Below the pieces are notes generated by a model that was given only the letters and a program-made list of their open reading frames with translations, had not been told where the DNA came from and did not search any database. From the IMG/VR virus record IMGVR_UViG_3300033066_001354: DNA of 40,580 bases, one strand, 5' to 3'. Shown here piece after piece: positions 19,723 through 28,114 of the stretch; position 1 is the first letter of the stretch; each line of letters starts with the position of its first letter. The DNA is from an uncultured virus (IMG/VR IMGVR_UViG_3300033066_001354). Taxonomy: Duplodnaviria; Heunggongvirae; Uroviricota; Caudoviricetes. The position numbers and the translations under genes were made by a program.

Positions 19723-20015
19723 CGCCCCGCTCCTGTGACATAAGAAAGGAAGCGACTGTCTTTACGGACGATGTAAACGTCGTTCGCGACATCATAGTCC
19801 ACGACAAGCGACAAAGCCTTTTCCCATGCTTCTTTGGAAGACACTGCCGAAGACATCACGTTAGTGTCCTTCTTGGCGTCCTCTTTGCTCGGATAGACGA
19901 AATAACCAGTCAGACGATATTGCGCGTTCGTCATTCTTTGACAAACAGCCCCGGGGACGAAATTAAGCAATTCTGTCTTTGGTGAATATCCTGGCGTCGG
20001 CCCTTTTGCCCACAT
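19719..20015 (-). CDS. Hypothetical protein
   Basis: ATG 7 nt after a TATAAT box. Confidence 0.6.
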   Translation of the reverse strand: MWAKGPTPGYSPKTELLNFVPGAVCQRMTNAQYRLTGYFVYPSKEDAKKDTNVMSSAVSSKEAWEKALSLVVDYDVANDVYIVRKDSRFLSYVTGAGR

Positions 20016-20041
20016 GTCGTCTATTATACTCTAAAGTCCTT

Positions 20042-20073
20042 GCCCGACGCCAGCTTTTCTGCAAGCGTCGGGC
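20042..20073. terminator. Stem-loop downstream of the beta-barrel gene
   Basis: GCCCGACGC...GCGTCGGGC 9-bp inverted repeat in intergenic space; no clear U-tract. Confidence 0.5.
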
Positions 20074-20082
20074 GTCGTTTCG

Positions 20083-20616
20083 TTACTTGCCGATTCCCTT
20101 GACAGGAAACGCGAAAGTCACTCCGGTAGTCCACTGAGGGACACCCCGGTCGCGGAAAGGCCAGTCGTTCACCATGCCAGCATTGAGCAGCACTGAATAA
20201 TTGTCAGTCTTGTAAAGACTGGTTTTAACGCCAGTCTCCATCACCCAATTTCCATTGAGGTCGGTGACTGACTTGGAGTAAGCCATCCACTTGTCGTTGA
20301 ACTGATAGCCGAAAGTAACACCGTAAGTCCAACCGTCAGCGTTGCCGTTGAGCGGGTCTCGCTCGAAAGCAGTCTTGTGGAAACGTCGGGCGCTGAAATT
20401 CTCAACGTCCTTCGTGTAGGCGACGTTCATGCCGACACTGAAATTCCCGCTCTTCATCACAGGCGCGTAAACACCGAACTCGGTGCCGACGTTGCCGTTC
20501 AAATCCGTGACGAGCTTGCCGTAGACTGACGAGTCGTTCAACGAATAAGTCTTCACTGGAGCCTGCGCAAAAGCCATCACTGGCACAAGAGCAAGCATGA
20601 TTAGAATGTTCTTCAT
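20083..20616 (-). CDS. Exported outer-membrane beta-barrel-like protein
   Basis: Signal peptide MKNILIMLALVPVMAFA; alternating amphipathic strands; internal repeat KxVTDLNGN; C-terminal strand WTTGVTFAF. Confidence 0.65.
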   Translation of the reverse strand: MKNILIMLALVPVMAFAQAPVKTYSLNDSSVYGKLVTDLNGNVGTEFGVYAPVMKSGNFSVGMNVAYTKDVENFSARRFHKTAFERDPLNGNADGWTYGVTFGYQFNDKWMAYSKSVTDLNGNWVMETGVKTSLYKTDNYSVLLNAGMVNDWPFRDRGVPQWTTGVTFAFPVKGIGK

Positions 20617-20776
20617 CACAAGGCTTACAACGCCCAATTCTAATTTTGAGGAAAATCCAGACTTATAAAAGAGTGTTCCTAAAAATCAAGTGGATTATCG
20701 CGCAAAATTGTCCATTTTGAACCTAAAAGCTTATTTCAGAGTGTTCCTTGAAACAAGAAAGCTGTAGAACAAAAGG

Positions 20777-21187
20777 ATGAAGGACTATACACCTTTTGGG
20801 CGAGACGTGCTGGTGTCAAAGGGCGTCACACTGACGGAAGCACATTGGCGGAGCGACCTTGACACGGTGAAAGCATTGAACGAAGCAGTGGTGCCTGAAA
20901 ATTGTACGAACGTCAAACAAAGTGTGTCGCAGTCAGACTTGCTCGGTTGTGTCGCGCTGCTCGAAAAACTAGGGCACAAAGCCGTGAACATAGTGACGCA
21001 CCCAGACAGGGTTAAGAAAGACGGGATAAAGGACTTTCAAGGCATAAAGGTGTGGGAGACAGTGGTGTGCCCGCCGTTTGTGCTGTTCGTGCTGTCATCG
21101 CCAGAAAAAGTAGGAAAATTCGACAAAAAGACTTCAAGACCGTTAGTGACTGACAGAAGCGCCATAGCAAGAATTTTGGTATTGTGA
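20777..21187 (+). CDS. Truncated capsid-protein-like paralog
   Basis: Collinear motifs with the next gene (YTPFGRDVL/YVPIGRELL, NIVTHP/NVVMHP, FVLSSPEKVG/YVLADPKYVG, AIARILV/ALVRILL). Confidence 0.55.
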   Translation: MKDYTPFGRDVLVSKGVTLTEAHWRSDLDTVKALNEAVVPENCTNVKQSVSQSDLLGCVALLEKLGHKAVNIVTHPDRVKKDGIKDFQGIKVWETVVCPPFVLFVLSSPEKVGKFDKKTSRPLVTDRSAIARILVL

Positions 21188-21326
21188 CAACGTTTGTATA
21201 ACTGAAACGACACACGCCCCGACATAAACATCGGACGGACGAAGGCGCTAAAGAGAACATCACTCTTTGTCTTCGCGAGACATATCCGAGACAGACGGAC
21301 GTGAGCAGTCAAGAAAGGAAAAACAA

Positions 21327-22286
21327 ATGAGTAAAAAAATCCCGATGTTCGAAACAACTGAACCTTACGTGCCGATTGGCAGGGAATTGCTTCTTGAAGA
21401 CACTCCAGACCCAGACACTGGACTTTCGCTTTACCACAGAGACGTGGGCTGTAAAGCTTATGCCATATCAAGAAGAGGACAAATCCCTCTTCATGTTGTC
21501 GAGCCAGAGTCGATTATGGTGCCCTCCTATGAAATTGGATGCAGACCTTCAATTAAAAGGAACGAAAAAAGAAGTTGCCCCTACAATTTAGAAGAGCGGG
21601 CGGACTTCAGGGCCCGCGACTCAATTGGTAGACTTGAAGACAGCGAGGTGTTAAAAGTTATCAACGCCGCTATACCTTCCGACCACCAGATTTCTGTAAG
21701 TGGTTTTTTGCAACCCGAAAACGTTCTGACCGCTTTCGGACTGATTGAGTCACACGACCTTACACCGCGCAACGTGGTCATGCACCCAATGAGATATGCA
21801 GAAATGAGAATGTGGGAGCATGACGAGTTTTATGAATATCCTAGTAAATCTGAGAAGAAACACCGAGCAGCGTTTTACGACGCGAAAGTGTTCACATCCA
21901 CCATGTGCCCTAAAAACGCTGTGTACGTTTTGGCAGACCCTAAATACGTCGGGGTGATTGTTGACCACAGCGATGTTGAAACATCGCAGTACGCCGAGGA
22001 CGAAAAACAAAGAGATGTCAACGTCTTGTCAAAAACACTTGGGATTGCAGTTGTGAACAATTATGCACTAGTAAGAATTTTACTAGAGGGAATAAAGTTC
22101 CAGGGCTGGGGGACGGAAGAGACACCAAAGCCTGACAACGAACATTTAAGAGAGCAGGCTGTTGCGAGGATTGAATCATTTGAGTCACAAAAGACAAATC
22201 CTAAAGAACAAGCTCCCAAGAAAAAGAAGTCTTGGTGGCAAAGGTGGAAAGAGTTCAGGGAGTACGACCTGAAACAACACCGCTAA
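21327..22286 (+). CDS. Diverged major-capsid-protein (HK97-fold) paralog
   Basis: Y.RDV...ISRRG...VPSYEI...RARDSI...EDSEVLKVI...LQPEN...VMHP..Y recalls large-phage MCPs; SD-like AAGGAA upstream; charged C-terminal extension. Confidence 0.65.
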   Translation: MSKKIPMFETTEPYVPIGRELLLEDTPDPDTGLSLYHRDVGCKAYAISRRGQIPLHVVEPESIMVPSYEIGCRPSIKRNEKRSCPYNLEERADFRARDSIGRLEDSEVLKVINAAIPSDHQISVSGFLQPENVLTAFGLIESHDLTPRNVVMHPMRYAEMRMWEHDEFYEYPSKSEKKHRAAFYDAKVFTSTMCPKNAVYVLADPKYVGVIVDHSDVETSQYAEDEKQRDVNVLSKTLGIAVVNNYALVRILLEGIKFQGWGTEETPKPDNEHLREQAVARIESFESQKTNPKEQAPKKKKSWWQRWKEFREYDLKQHR

Positions 22287-22292
22287 ACTTAA

Positions 22293-22988
22293 TCAACGCA
22301 ACACAGTCACTTGGGACGGAGACTTACGGAGAACTTCGTCCCAAGCACTGAATTTGTCGCGCAAATTTTGTGCGAAAGCCTCTTCTCCTTCTTTTTCCAA
22401 ACCTACGAGCATCTTGTGCTCGACTGGGAACAAGTCTTTGGATGTCACGGGGTCGCCCATGATGTATTTTGTGTATGCGGCGTGAGTGTCGCCAACAAAC
22501 TTCTTGTTCAAAGGCGACACTTGAGCGTCGATGATTCCGTACACAACTTCTGGCGCAGACTTTACAGACATTCGGGCGATTCTTGTCACAGCGTCAATGG
22601 GGACTGTGCCACGGTGGGCGACGTTACCAAGAAAGGACAAAGACTCTTTCCAAAATTCTTGATAGTCGTGGATGTGTCCCTTCACCCATTCGTGCTTGTC
22701 AACGCCCTCGGGAACATCTTTGGCGGCATAGACGATGAAATCCTCGTCAGGGAAAAGACGAGACTCGTCAAGTAAGGACAAGTCCACTTCCACCACCATT
22801 AAAACGTCTTCTTCTAAAAGTGACGCAGCGTTGTAGGCGAAGTATCCAGCGTAACAGTCAGTGAGGTAGACGTGCTCGGGGACACTTGCGTTCTTGTCCC
22901 AACAACCAGCCTCGTTCTCTCTGGGAAAAATCCCACTCTCTATGATTGAGTCGTAGTGACTCGCGGCAGTGCCGTGATAAACAAACAT
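22293..22988 (-). CDS. ADP-ribosyltransferase-fold protein, tentative
   Basis: N-terminal YHGT...SIIESGI...VYLT pattern; own TCCTCA promoter. Confidence 0.55.
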   Translation of the reverse strand: MFVYHGTAASHYDSIIESGIFPRENEAGCWDKNASVPEHVYLTDCYAGYFAYNAASLLEEDVLMVVEVDLSLLDESRLFPDEDFIVYAAKDVPEGVDKHEWVKGHIHDYQEFWKESLSFLGNVAHRGTVPIDAVTRIARMSVKSAPEVVYGIIDAQVSPLNKKFVGDTHAAYTKYIMGDPVTSKDLFPVEHKMLVGLEKEGEEAFAQNLRDKFSAWDEVLRKSPSQVTVLR

Positions 22989-23024
22989 GCCGATATACCA
23001 AAAAAGGCAGGATTGTGAGGAAAA

Positions 23025-23516
23025 TCAACCTTTCAGCCAGCGCAGCTTGGCTTCTTCCAAATATACTTTTGTGCAGTCAGAGGACTGTAGCATTTTTTGG
23101 AAGCTCAACACTTCTTTCAAGTCACCGAGAGCGTTTTCAACACGCCTCATTCCTCTGTTCGCGCACACGTAGTAGTCTTTTCGAACATTTGGGCGTTCGC
23201 ACAATGGGTAGAACTCCACTGTTTTCAACAAATCGACAGTCCTGTCCAAAGCAATGAGCGTGTCAATTTCGGCCGTTGTGAGCACAGCAAGGGCGCTCCG
23301 TGGGTCGTTGAAACGAAGTTTCCACCATTGTTTCTGCCATACGCGAGATTTTGACCGACTCTTTTCATAAAGGGCGAACTGTTCTTTTTTTGAAGCGTCG
23401 TCCTGTTGAACACTGTCGATAGTCTTGGACAACTTGTCCGAACAAGACAATAGTTTCCTGTAGACAAGCATAAGGCAAGCCTCTTTGGTGAATTCGAAAT
23501 AAGCGGACTTCTCCAT
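23025..23516 (-). CDS. Hypothetical protein
   Basis: 163-aa ORF ending just before the next promoter. Confidence 0.6.
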   Translation of the reverse strand: MEKSAYFEFTKEACLMLVYRKLLSCSDKLSKTIDSVQQDDASKKEQFALYEKSRSKSRVWQKQWWKLRFNDPRSALAVLTTAEIDTLIALDRTVDLLKTVEFYPLCERPNVRKDYYVCANRGMRRVENALGDLKEVLSFQKMLQSSDCTKVYLEEAKLRWLKG

Positions 23517-23577
23517 CCTTTACGCAGTATACCATGTCCAGGAGAATATTGAACAATCTCCTGGACATTAATCACAA

Positions 23578-24990
23578 TCACATTTGGGCTGAAGCTTGAT
23601 TGCTTTGGTACGCCTGAAAAGCCGACGAAGCTTTGAACCTGTCCAGTTCCCAGCTTTTCAACTGATTCTCGTGTTCTTCAGACATCTCATACCAGAACTC
23701 TTGGTCTTTGAACATGTCTTCGACGCCACGAAAACGCTCATAACGCCAAGCCTCTGGTTTCAGACTGTCTTTTCGACCAGATATTGGGCGATATGTCTTT
23801 TTGAAAAAGAGTTTGGCAAATTCTTTTCCAAGATAATCGTCCCAATACGCCTTGATAGTTTGCGGTGATTCTTTTAATTCTAGTCCGTGTTGAGTCTTAG
23901 TGACGAAACTACGCAAAAGGTACATCGCGGACATCCACAGAGTCTTGCGTACTTTATAGTAGTAAGCCCCTGTGATTGGAGAACTGACCTGATGCTCGGT
24001 CTTGCCGACCACATCCCAGAACTTCCTCGATTGCGAATCGGTCATTTCCAGAGGTTTCTTACCGGGATTGCGCAAACTGTCTTCCAGAACAGACTCAAAC
24101 TGCTTCGAGAGAGACGCCTCGACATGCTCACGTAAGTCAAGGTAGTCCATCAAAAGAGGACGCCATTCTCTTTGAATCTCGTCAGCGTTCGACATATAGT
24201 AATCGTACAGACTTGCCTGTGAACTATATGCGCCAGTTGGATACTTGCCTCCATCCTCTGGAGCGACAGGAGACACATATGGACGTGTAAAATACCACAT
24301 GCCTTGAACGACGATTTCCGAGACATTCAGAGTGTAATTACCCCCACTATTGTTCTTGTCGTTTTGGCTGAAACGCATGACGTTCGTCAAGTTGTTCTTC
24401 GCAAGCTCTTCTTTGATGAAGTCAAATTTACCCAACAAGTTGATGAACGATTCAGTCTTTTGTGGTTTTGTATTCTCTTGAGCCTGAATGACAGAGATAA
24501 TTTCTTGCTCGTTCAAGCCTTGATGAAGTTCGATATTCACATAGTGAGGACAAGACGGCGTAAGTGCGCCTTCAGTGAAAGCTTGAAGAAAACGGTAGTG
24601 ATTGTGCCCACCACCAAAGATACTGTCCTTGTTCTTCGCAGTCAATACCACTGTGACAGAGCCGTTACTGTTCTTGGTGATTGAAGTGCAAAGCCAATGG
24701 CACCCACCGTTACTCGACTCGAACAAGGATTTATCGTCCCTGATTGATTCGATTATAGACTTAGTGGTGGATTGATTGACCCCGCCTATGTCAGTATTGC
24801 GAGGATTGCGCCCAACCCATCTTTCTGAATTCTCACCTGTCGGGATACGTTTGTGGAAAGTCGCCTGGACATAATCCCAGAGCCTCATTCTAAGTTGCAT
24901 ACCAGCATGTTTTTCCATGATGGACTCAGGACGGAAAGTGACCGCAATAGTTTGGTCTGCGTTGTTGTCGTCGTTTGATAATTGACTCAT
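23578..24990 (-). CDS. AIPR-like (ParB/DGQHR-related) protein
   Basis: NPR...IIESI...FESSNGG...IFGGGHN...SFINLLGKFDFIK resembles the AIPR family. Confidence 0.55.
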   Translation of the reverse strand: MSQLSNDDNNADQTIAVTFRPESIMEKHAGMQLRMRLWDYVQATFHKRIPTGENSERWVGRNPRNTDIGGVNQSTTKSIIESIRDDKSLFESSNGGCHWLCTSITKNSNGSVTVVLTAKNKDSIFGGGHNHYRFLQAFTEGALTPSCPHYVNIELHQGLNEQEIISVIQAQENTKPQKTESFINLLGKFDFIKEELAKNNLTNVMRFSQNDKNNSGGNYTLNVSEIVVQGMWYFTRPYVSPVAPEDGGKYPTGAYSSQASLYDYYMSNADEIQREWRPLLMDYLDLREHVEASLSKQFESVLEDSLRNPGKKPLEMTDSQSRKFWDVVGKTEHQVSSPITGAYYYKVRKTLWMSAMYLLRSFVTKTQHGLELKESPQTIKAYWDDYLGKEFAKLFFKKTYRPISGRKDSLKPEAWRYERFRGVEDMFKDQEFWYEMSEEHENQLKSWELDRFKASSAFQAYQSNQASAQM

Positions 24991-25150
24991 GTTAACTCCG
25001 GGAGAAAAGCTCTGTCGAGCTATCCATCCTCACAGAGAACATCATACCTCCTTGTAGCAAGCACTTGTCAAGGCTTTTTTGAAAAATCTAAGCACATGAG
25101 TGATTTTTATGGGGAGCGCGACGCGCACAGTGTGTATAAGCATCTTGTAA

Positions 25151-25507
25151 ATGAGTCGAAAATGTCAATTTTGCTATAATGCTACTAAGGGAGTTATGTG
25201 CTCAGGATGCAACAAGAGGTTGACTGTCTTGAAAATGAGACTCAAAATCCTCTCCGCTCTAGGGTGGGAATGTCGCTCTTGCGGATTGAAAGCCTCTCAG
25301 AACAATCTAAACTGTTTTGACGTACACCATGTCGGCACTAAGACCATCGACATGAAAGATGCTTACAAGCACTCGTGGGACAAGGTGTCCAAAGAGCTAG
25401 AGTGTTGCGAACTTCTCTGTGCGGTCTGTCATAGATTGCAGCATAAAAACATAATCGGGCAAGAGATGTACTCGGTGGCTCTTAGAGCTATAGAAAAATC
25501 TCTGTAG
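25151..25507 (+). CDS. HNH endonuclease-like protein
   Basis: CxxC pairs, FDVHH, ELECCELLCAVCHRLQH. Confidence 0.8.
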   Translation: MSRKCQFCYNATKGVMCSGCNKRLTVLKMRLKILSALGWECRSCGLKASQNNLNCFDVHHVGTKTIDMKDAYKHSWDKVSKELECCELLCAVCHRLQHKNIIGQEMYSVALRAIEKSL

Positions 25508-25515
25508 TATGGGTT

Positions 25516-25683
25516 AGGGAAGTACGCCTTTTTCAAATAGGGTACCGCGATTTTTAGACCCCCGGGTAGGCCCGTATACATCTACCCAGGGAAGTACGCG
25601 AATTTTCAATAGGGTACCGTGAAAATTAAGCCCCCCCCCGGGGGGGGCTAATGCTCGTAGATTCAGTACGGCTAATGCTCGTA
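25516..25683. repeat. Repeat/palindrome island (possible origin or genome-end signal)
   Basis: AGGGAAGTACGC...AATAGGGTACCG repeated at 25516 and 25588 (72-bp period); AG-C9-G8-CT near-palindrome 25629-25649; GGCTAATGCTCGTA at 25646 and 25670. Confidence 0.8.
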
Positions 25684-25911
25684 AATGTGGAACGCCCATA
25701 GTTTAATGCTGTGCGAAAGTCATAAGACTGTGCTGTGACTGAAACAATCGCGCACAGTCAGGATGTGGGACTCCGACAATTTTTTCGAAAGGAAGGGGGT
25801 TGCGGTGGGACTCCTAAATATTTGCCCCACCCGGGGGTACCTTCTCTCTGTGCTGCCTGCCCTGCGTATGTGCCTTTGCCTATACCTGCACATACACTAA
25901 AGCCCATATAT

Positions 25912-25990
25912 CAAGAAAGGACGGGGCATAGCAGTCCGTCCTATCCTGTCTTCCGAGAAGGAGGCGACTCCTTCCATTGTGTTTTCGTCC
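25912..25990 (-). ncRNA. Candidate ~80-nt small RNA
   Basis: Consensus promoter (TCCTCA 26024-26019, GTATA from 26000) with no start codon at +1; hairpin GAAGGAG/CTCCTTC, then terminator-like AGGACGG/CCGTCCT-TTCTT. Confidence 0.45.
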
Positions 25991-26012
25991 TGTTATATAC
26001 GTTGCGCCTGCA

Positions 26013-26258
26013 TCAAGTTGAGGATTTTCCGTGCCGCCAGTTGCCCGCTATCAATTCACCGCCTGGGTAGACCGCCATCTCGTCGCCAAGCGTGCAGAGG
26101 ACAGAATCGCCCGGGTGCGTGTCCGATTCGACAAAGTAAACCTGTCTCTTCTTGTAGTCTGGCTGGTTCGTGGCTTCCACGGCTTCGTACACCTGCCCTT
26201 CGTTAAGAACGATGTCAGTCCCGCTGAGCTTCACCGTCTGGAGCATTATGACTCTCAT
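26013..26258 (-). CDS. Hypothetical protein
   Basis: ATG 10 nt after the GTATA box. Confidence 0.75.
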   Translation of the reverse strand: MRVIMLQTVKLSGTDIVLNEGQVYEAVEATNQPDYKKRQVYFVESDTHPGDSVLCTLGDEMAVYPGGELIAGNWRHGKSST

Positions 26259-26277
26259 GTGTTTATACGCGTGTCAG

Positions 26278-26451
26278 TCAGGAATTTGAGGAATGTGCCC
26301 GCGCCATGTCAAATTCGTTGACTTCCAAAAGCCCACGTTTCGCCAGCGATTGAATCACTCGGCGGACGCTGGAATGGTACGTTTGCCAACGCCCCGCATA
26401 TCGTGTGAAGAAGTCCATAGCGTGCCGCTGTCGCCGTCCTAAGCCTTTCAT
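26278..26451 (-). CDS. Small basic hypothetical protein
   Basis: GGAGG upstream and ATGA coupling; MKGLGRRQ... Confidence 0.6.
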   Translation of the reverse strand: MKGLGRRQRHAMDFFTRYAGRWQTYHSSVRRVIQSLAKRGLLEVNEFDMARAHSSNS

Positions 26452-26618
26452 AACGCCTCCCAGGTGTAGCCTTCGCCGTTGTAAGGCACCGTTTTGTGAG
26501 CCCTGCCGTTGACGACTTGCCAATGACTGCCGTCTTCATGGACTTGGACGGTATGAGTCGTGATTTTGGAAGTGTTCCAGTAAGCGGTGAACGAAACTTT
26601 GTAAGTTCCTGGCTTCAT
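26448..26618 (-). CDS. Hypothetical 56-aa protein (not in ORF track)
   Basis: MKPGTYKVSFTAYW...YTWEAL; ATGA overlaps at both ends. Confidence 0.65.
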   Translation of the reverse strand: MKPGTYKVSFTAYWNTSKITTHTVQVHEDGSHWQVVNGRAHKTVPYNGEGYTWEAL

Positions 26619-26989
26619 GGATATATACGCTTCTTGAATTTGTTTTGAGGAAGATTGTCGTAAACGTCAACTGGGACGAAGAAAACTTCGGACAAGCCGC
26701 CAGGTAGAAAAACGTGAGTAGGTGATTCTGTCTCTTTGAACCAGTCCAGCCATTCTTGGCTTTTCAATCCGCCGTAGAACTCGGATTTGTTGGCTTCATA
26801 ATACGCCCTGATGTCCTCTGGAGCGTCGAACGGTTTAGACGTGACACACCAAATACCCTTGCTGTTCTCTCCGTCGTCATAGAGTCTGAACGGGAGGCGG
26901 CTGGACGATGCTTCCCATTTTCTGTGCGCGTCCTCTTTGATTTTTTTCAGTCCTGCTTCCGTCCAACGAGCCACTAGGTAGAACGCCAT
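26615..26989 (-). CDS. Hypothetical protein
   Basis: ATG 13 nt after the GTATA box. Confidence 0.75.
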   Translation of the reverse strand: MAFYLVARWTEAGLKKIKEDAHRKWEASSSRLPFRLYDDGENSKGIWCVTSKPFDAPEDIRAYYEANKSEFYGGLKSQEWLDWFKETESPTHVFLPGGLSEVFFVPVDVYDNLPQNKFKKRIYP

Positions 26990-27032
26990 GATAAATATAT
27001 ACTGGCATAGGTGGGAAAGATGAGGAAAAATC

Positions 27033-27062
27033 CGTGCGCCCTTATTTGTCCAAGCATTAAAT
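27033..27062 (+). repeat. dif/cer-like 30-bp site 1
   Basis: CGTGCGCCCTT ATTTGTCC AAGCATTAAAT. Confidence 0.9.
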
Positions 27063-27065
27063 TAC

Positions 27066-27347
27066 AGACGACGGCGAAGGGCTTTTCTGCGCCGTCCGCC
27101 GTCGTGATACATTTATGTCGCTGTGAGCTTTGAGTCGGTCAGAGTCGCCTTTGACTCTTACGTTTTTGGTCGTAGGACGCTTTTTCGTTCGCGTCAGTTG
27201 TGTTCCTTGGACGGGTCGCGTATCCGTCTGTCGGTGTTTGCCGTTGTTTGAGATTAAAGGGGTTGCTCACAGTTTACGCTTTAGCTCGTCTTCATGGCAC
27301 CCCTCCTGTTTTCTGTCTTGCCTGTCCTCTCTGCGATTGTCCCGCAC
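27066..27347 (-). ncRNA. Candidate structured RNA (may include micro-ORFs)
   Basis: Own promoter; CTGTGAGC/GCTCACAG closing stem enclosing four short hairpins; terminal hairpin 27068-27105. Confidence 0.5.
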
Positions 27348-27435
27348 TCTTATATACGGGGTTCGTCCGTTGGTTTGAGGAATGAGCCGCTTGCGTCAGT
27401 CGAGTCCTTTGCTTTTCTTTCGTTTCGCGTCCCAT
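27292..27435 (-). CDS. Small basic hypothetical protein (47 aa)
   Basis: ATG 10 nt after GTATA box; reads through the next promoter. Confidence 0.45.
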   Translation of the reverse strand: MGRETKEKQRTRLTQAAHSSNQRTNPVYKSAGQSQRGQARQKTGGVP

Positions 27436-27531
27436 GACAGTATACGCCGCCAGGATTATGGCTTGAGGAAAATTTCCTGAAAACGGCTGTTTTCCCATTT
27501 AGGAAACATAGTAAAAACAGGAAACATTTCG

Positions 27532-27561
27532 CGTGCCCCCTTATTTGACCAAGCGTTAAAC
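27532..27561 (+). repeat. dif/cer-like 30-bp site 2
   Basis: CGTGCCCCCTT ATTTGACC AAGCGTTAAAC. Confidence 0.9.
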
Positions 27562-27586
27562 TCCAGGATTTTCACCCTGGAGTTTT
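27558..27586. terminator. Intrinsic terminator (bidirectional-type)
   Basis: AAACTCCAGG...CCTGGAGTTTT abutting site 2, downstream of the 27599-28078 gene. Confidence 0.7.
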
Positions 27587-27598
27587 AGGTCGAAAGCC

Positions 27599-28078
27599 CT
27601 AGCGGACTTCCAGGACGTTTTCGAGCGAGATTCCGAAGAACCGCACCTGTCCCTTTTCTTCAAGGTCTTCCTTTTCGACCTTTTTTGGCGATTCCGAAGC
27701 CATTAGAAACGGGGCAACGTCCTCTTTTTTGCACGGTTCTCCGCCCAGGTACCATTGTGCCTTGGGTTCGTTGCCAGTGGCGACCACGCAAAGGTACACC
27801 TTGCCGTTTTTTCCCTGCCAAAACTTGACGTTGCCGATTTTGAAAGCATGGTCAATATGCACAGGGAGTTCGGGCTCGTCGCGCATTCCGTCTTCGACGG
27901 CGTTCTTGACAGGAGCGCGGTTGGCATAGTCACAGAGAATGCCTTGCATGACCGATTCTTTTTCGATGACCGCTCCGTCGTAGGATTTGTAGGTCTTGGC
28001 TTCGCGTCGGACAAGGACTGTGAAAAACTGTCCTGGCTTCTTGTCTGCGAGTTGGCTGGCGATTGTTTGCGCGTCCAT
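27599..28078 (-). CDS. Hypothetical protein
   Basis: 159 aa; ATG 10 nt after GTATA. Confidence 0.8.
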   Translation of the reverse strand: MDAQTIASQLADKKPGQFFTVLVRREAKTYKSYDGAVIEKESVMQGILCDYANRAPVKNAVEDGMRDEPELPVHIDHAFKIGNVKFWQGKNGKVYLCVVATGNEPKAQWYLGGEPCKKEDVAPFLMASESPKKVEKEDLEEKGQVRFFGISLENVLEVR

Positions 28079-28114
28079 GAATATATACCTGTCTGGCTGA
28101 AAACTTTGAGGAAA

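Noticed and set aside
25514..26070. ORFs 25514-25699 and 25735-26070
   Set aside because: They translate the repeat island or lie antisense to the promoter-driven unit; no start signals and low-complexity products.
27200..27250. c-di-GMP-I (GEMM) riboswitch suggested by GGCAAAC...ACGC on the minus strand
   Set aside because: GNRA tetraloop, receptor and second stem are not recognisable, and there is no downstream gene.
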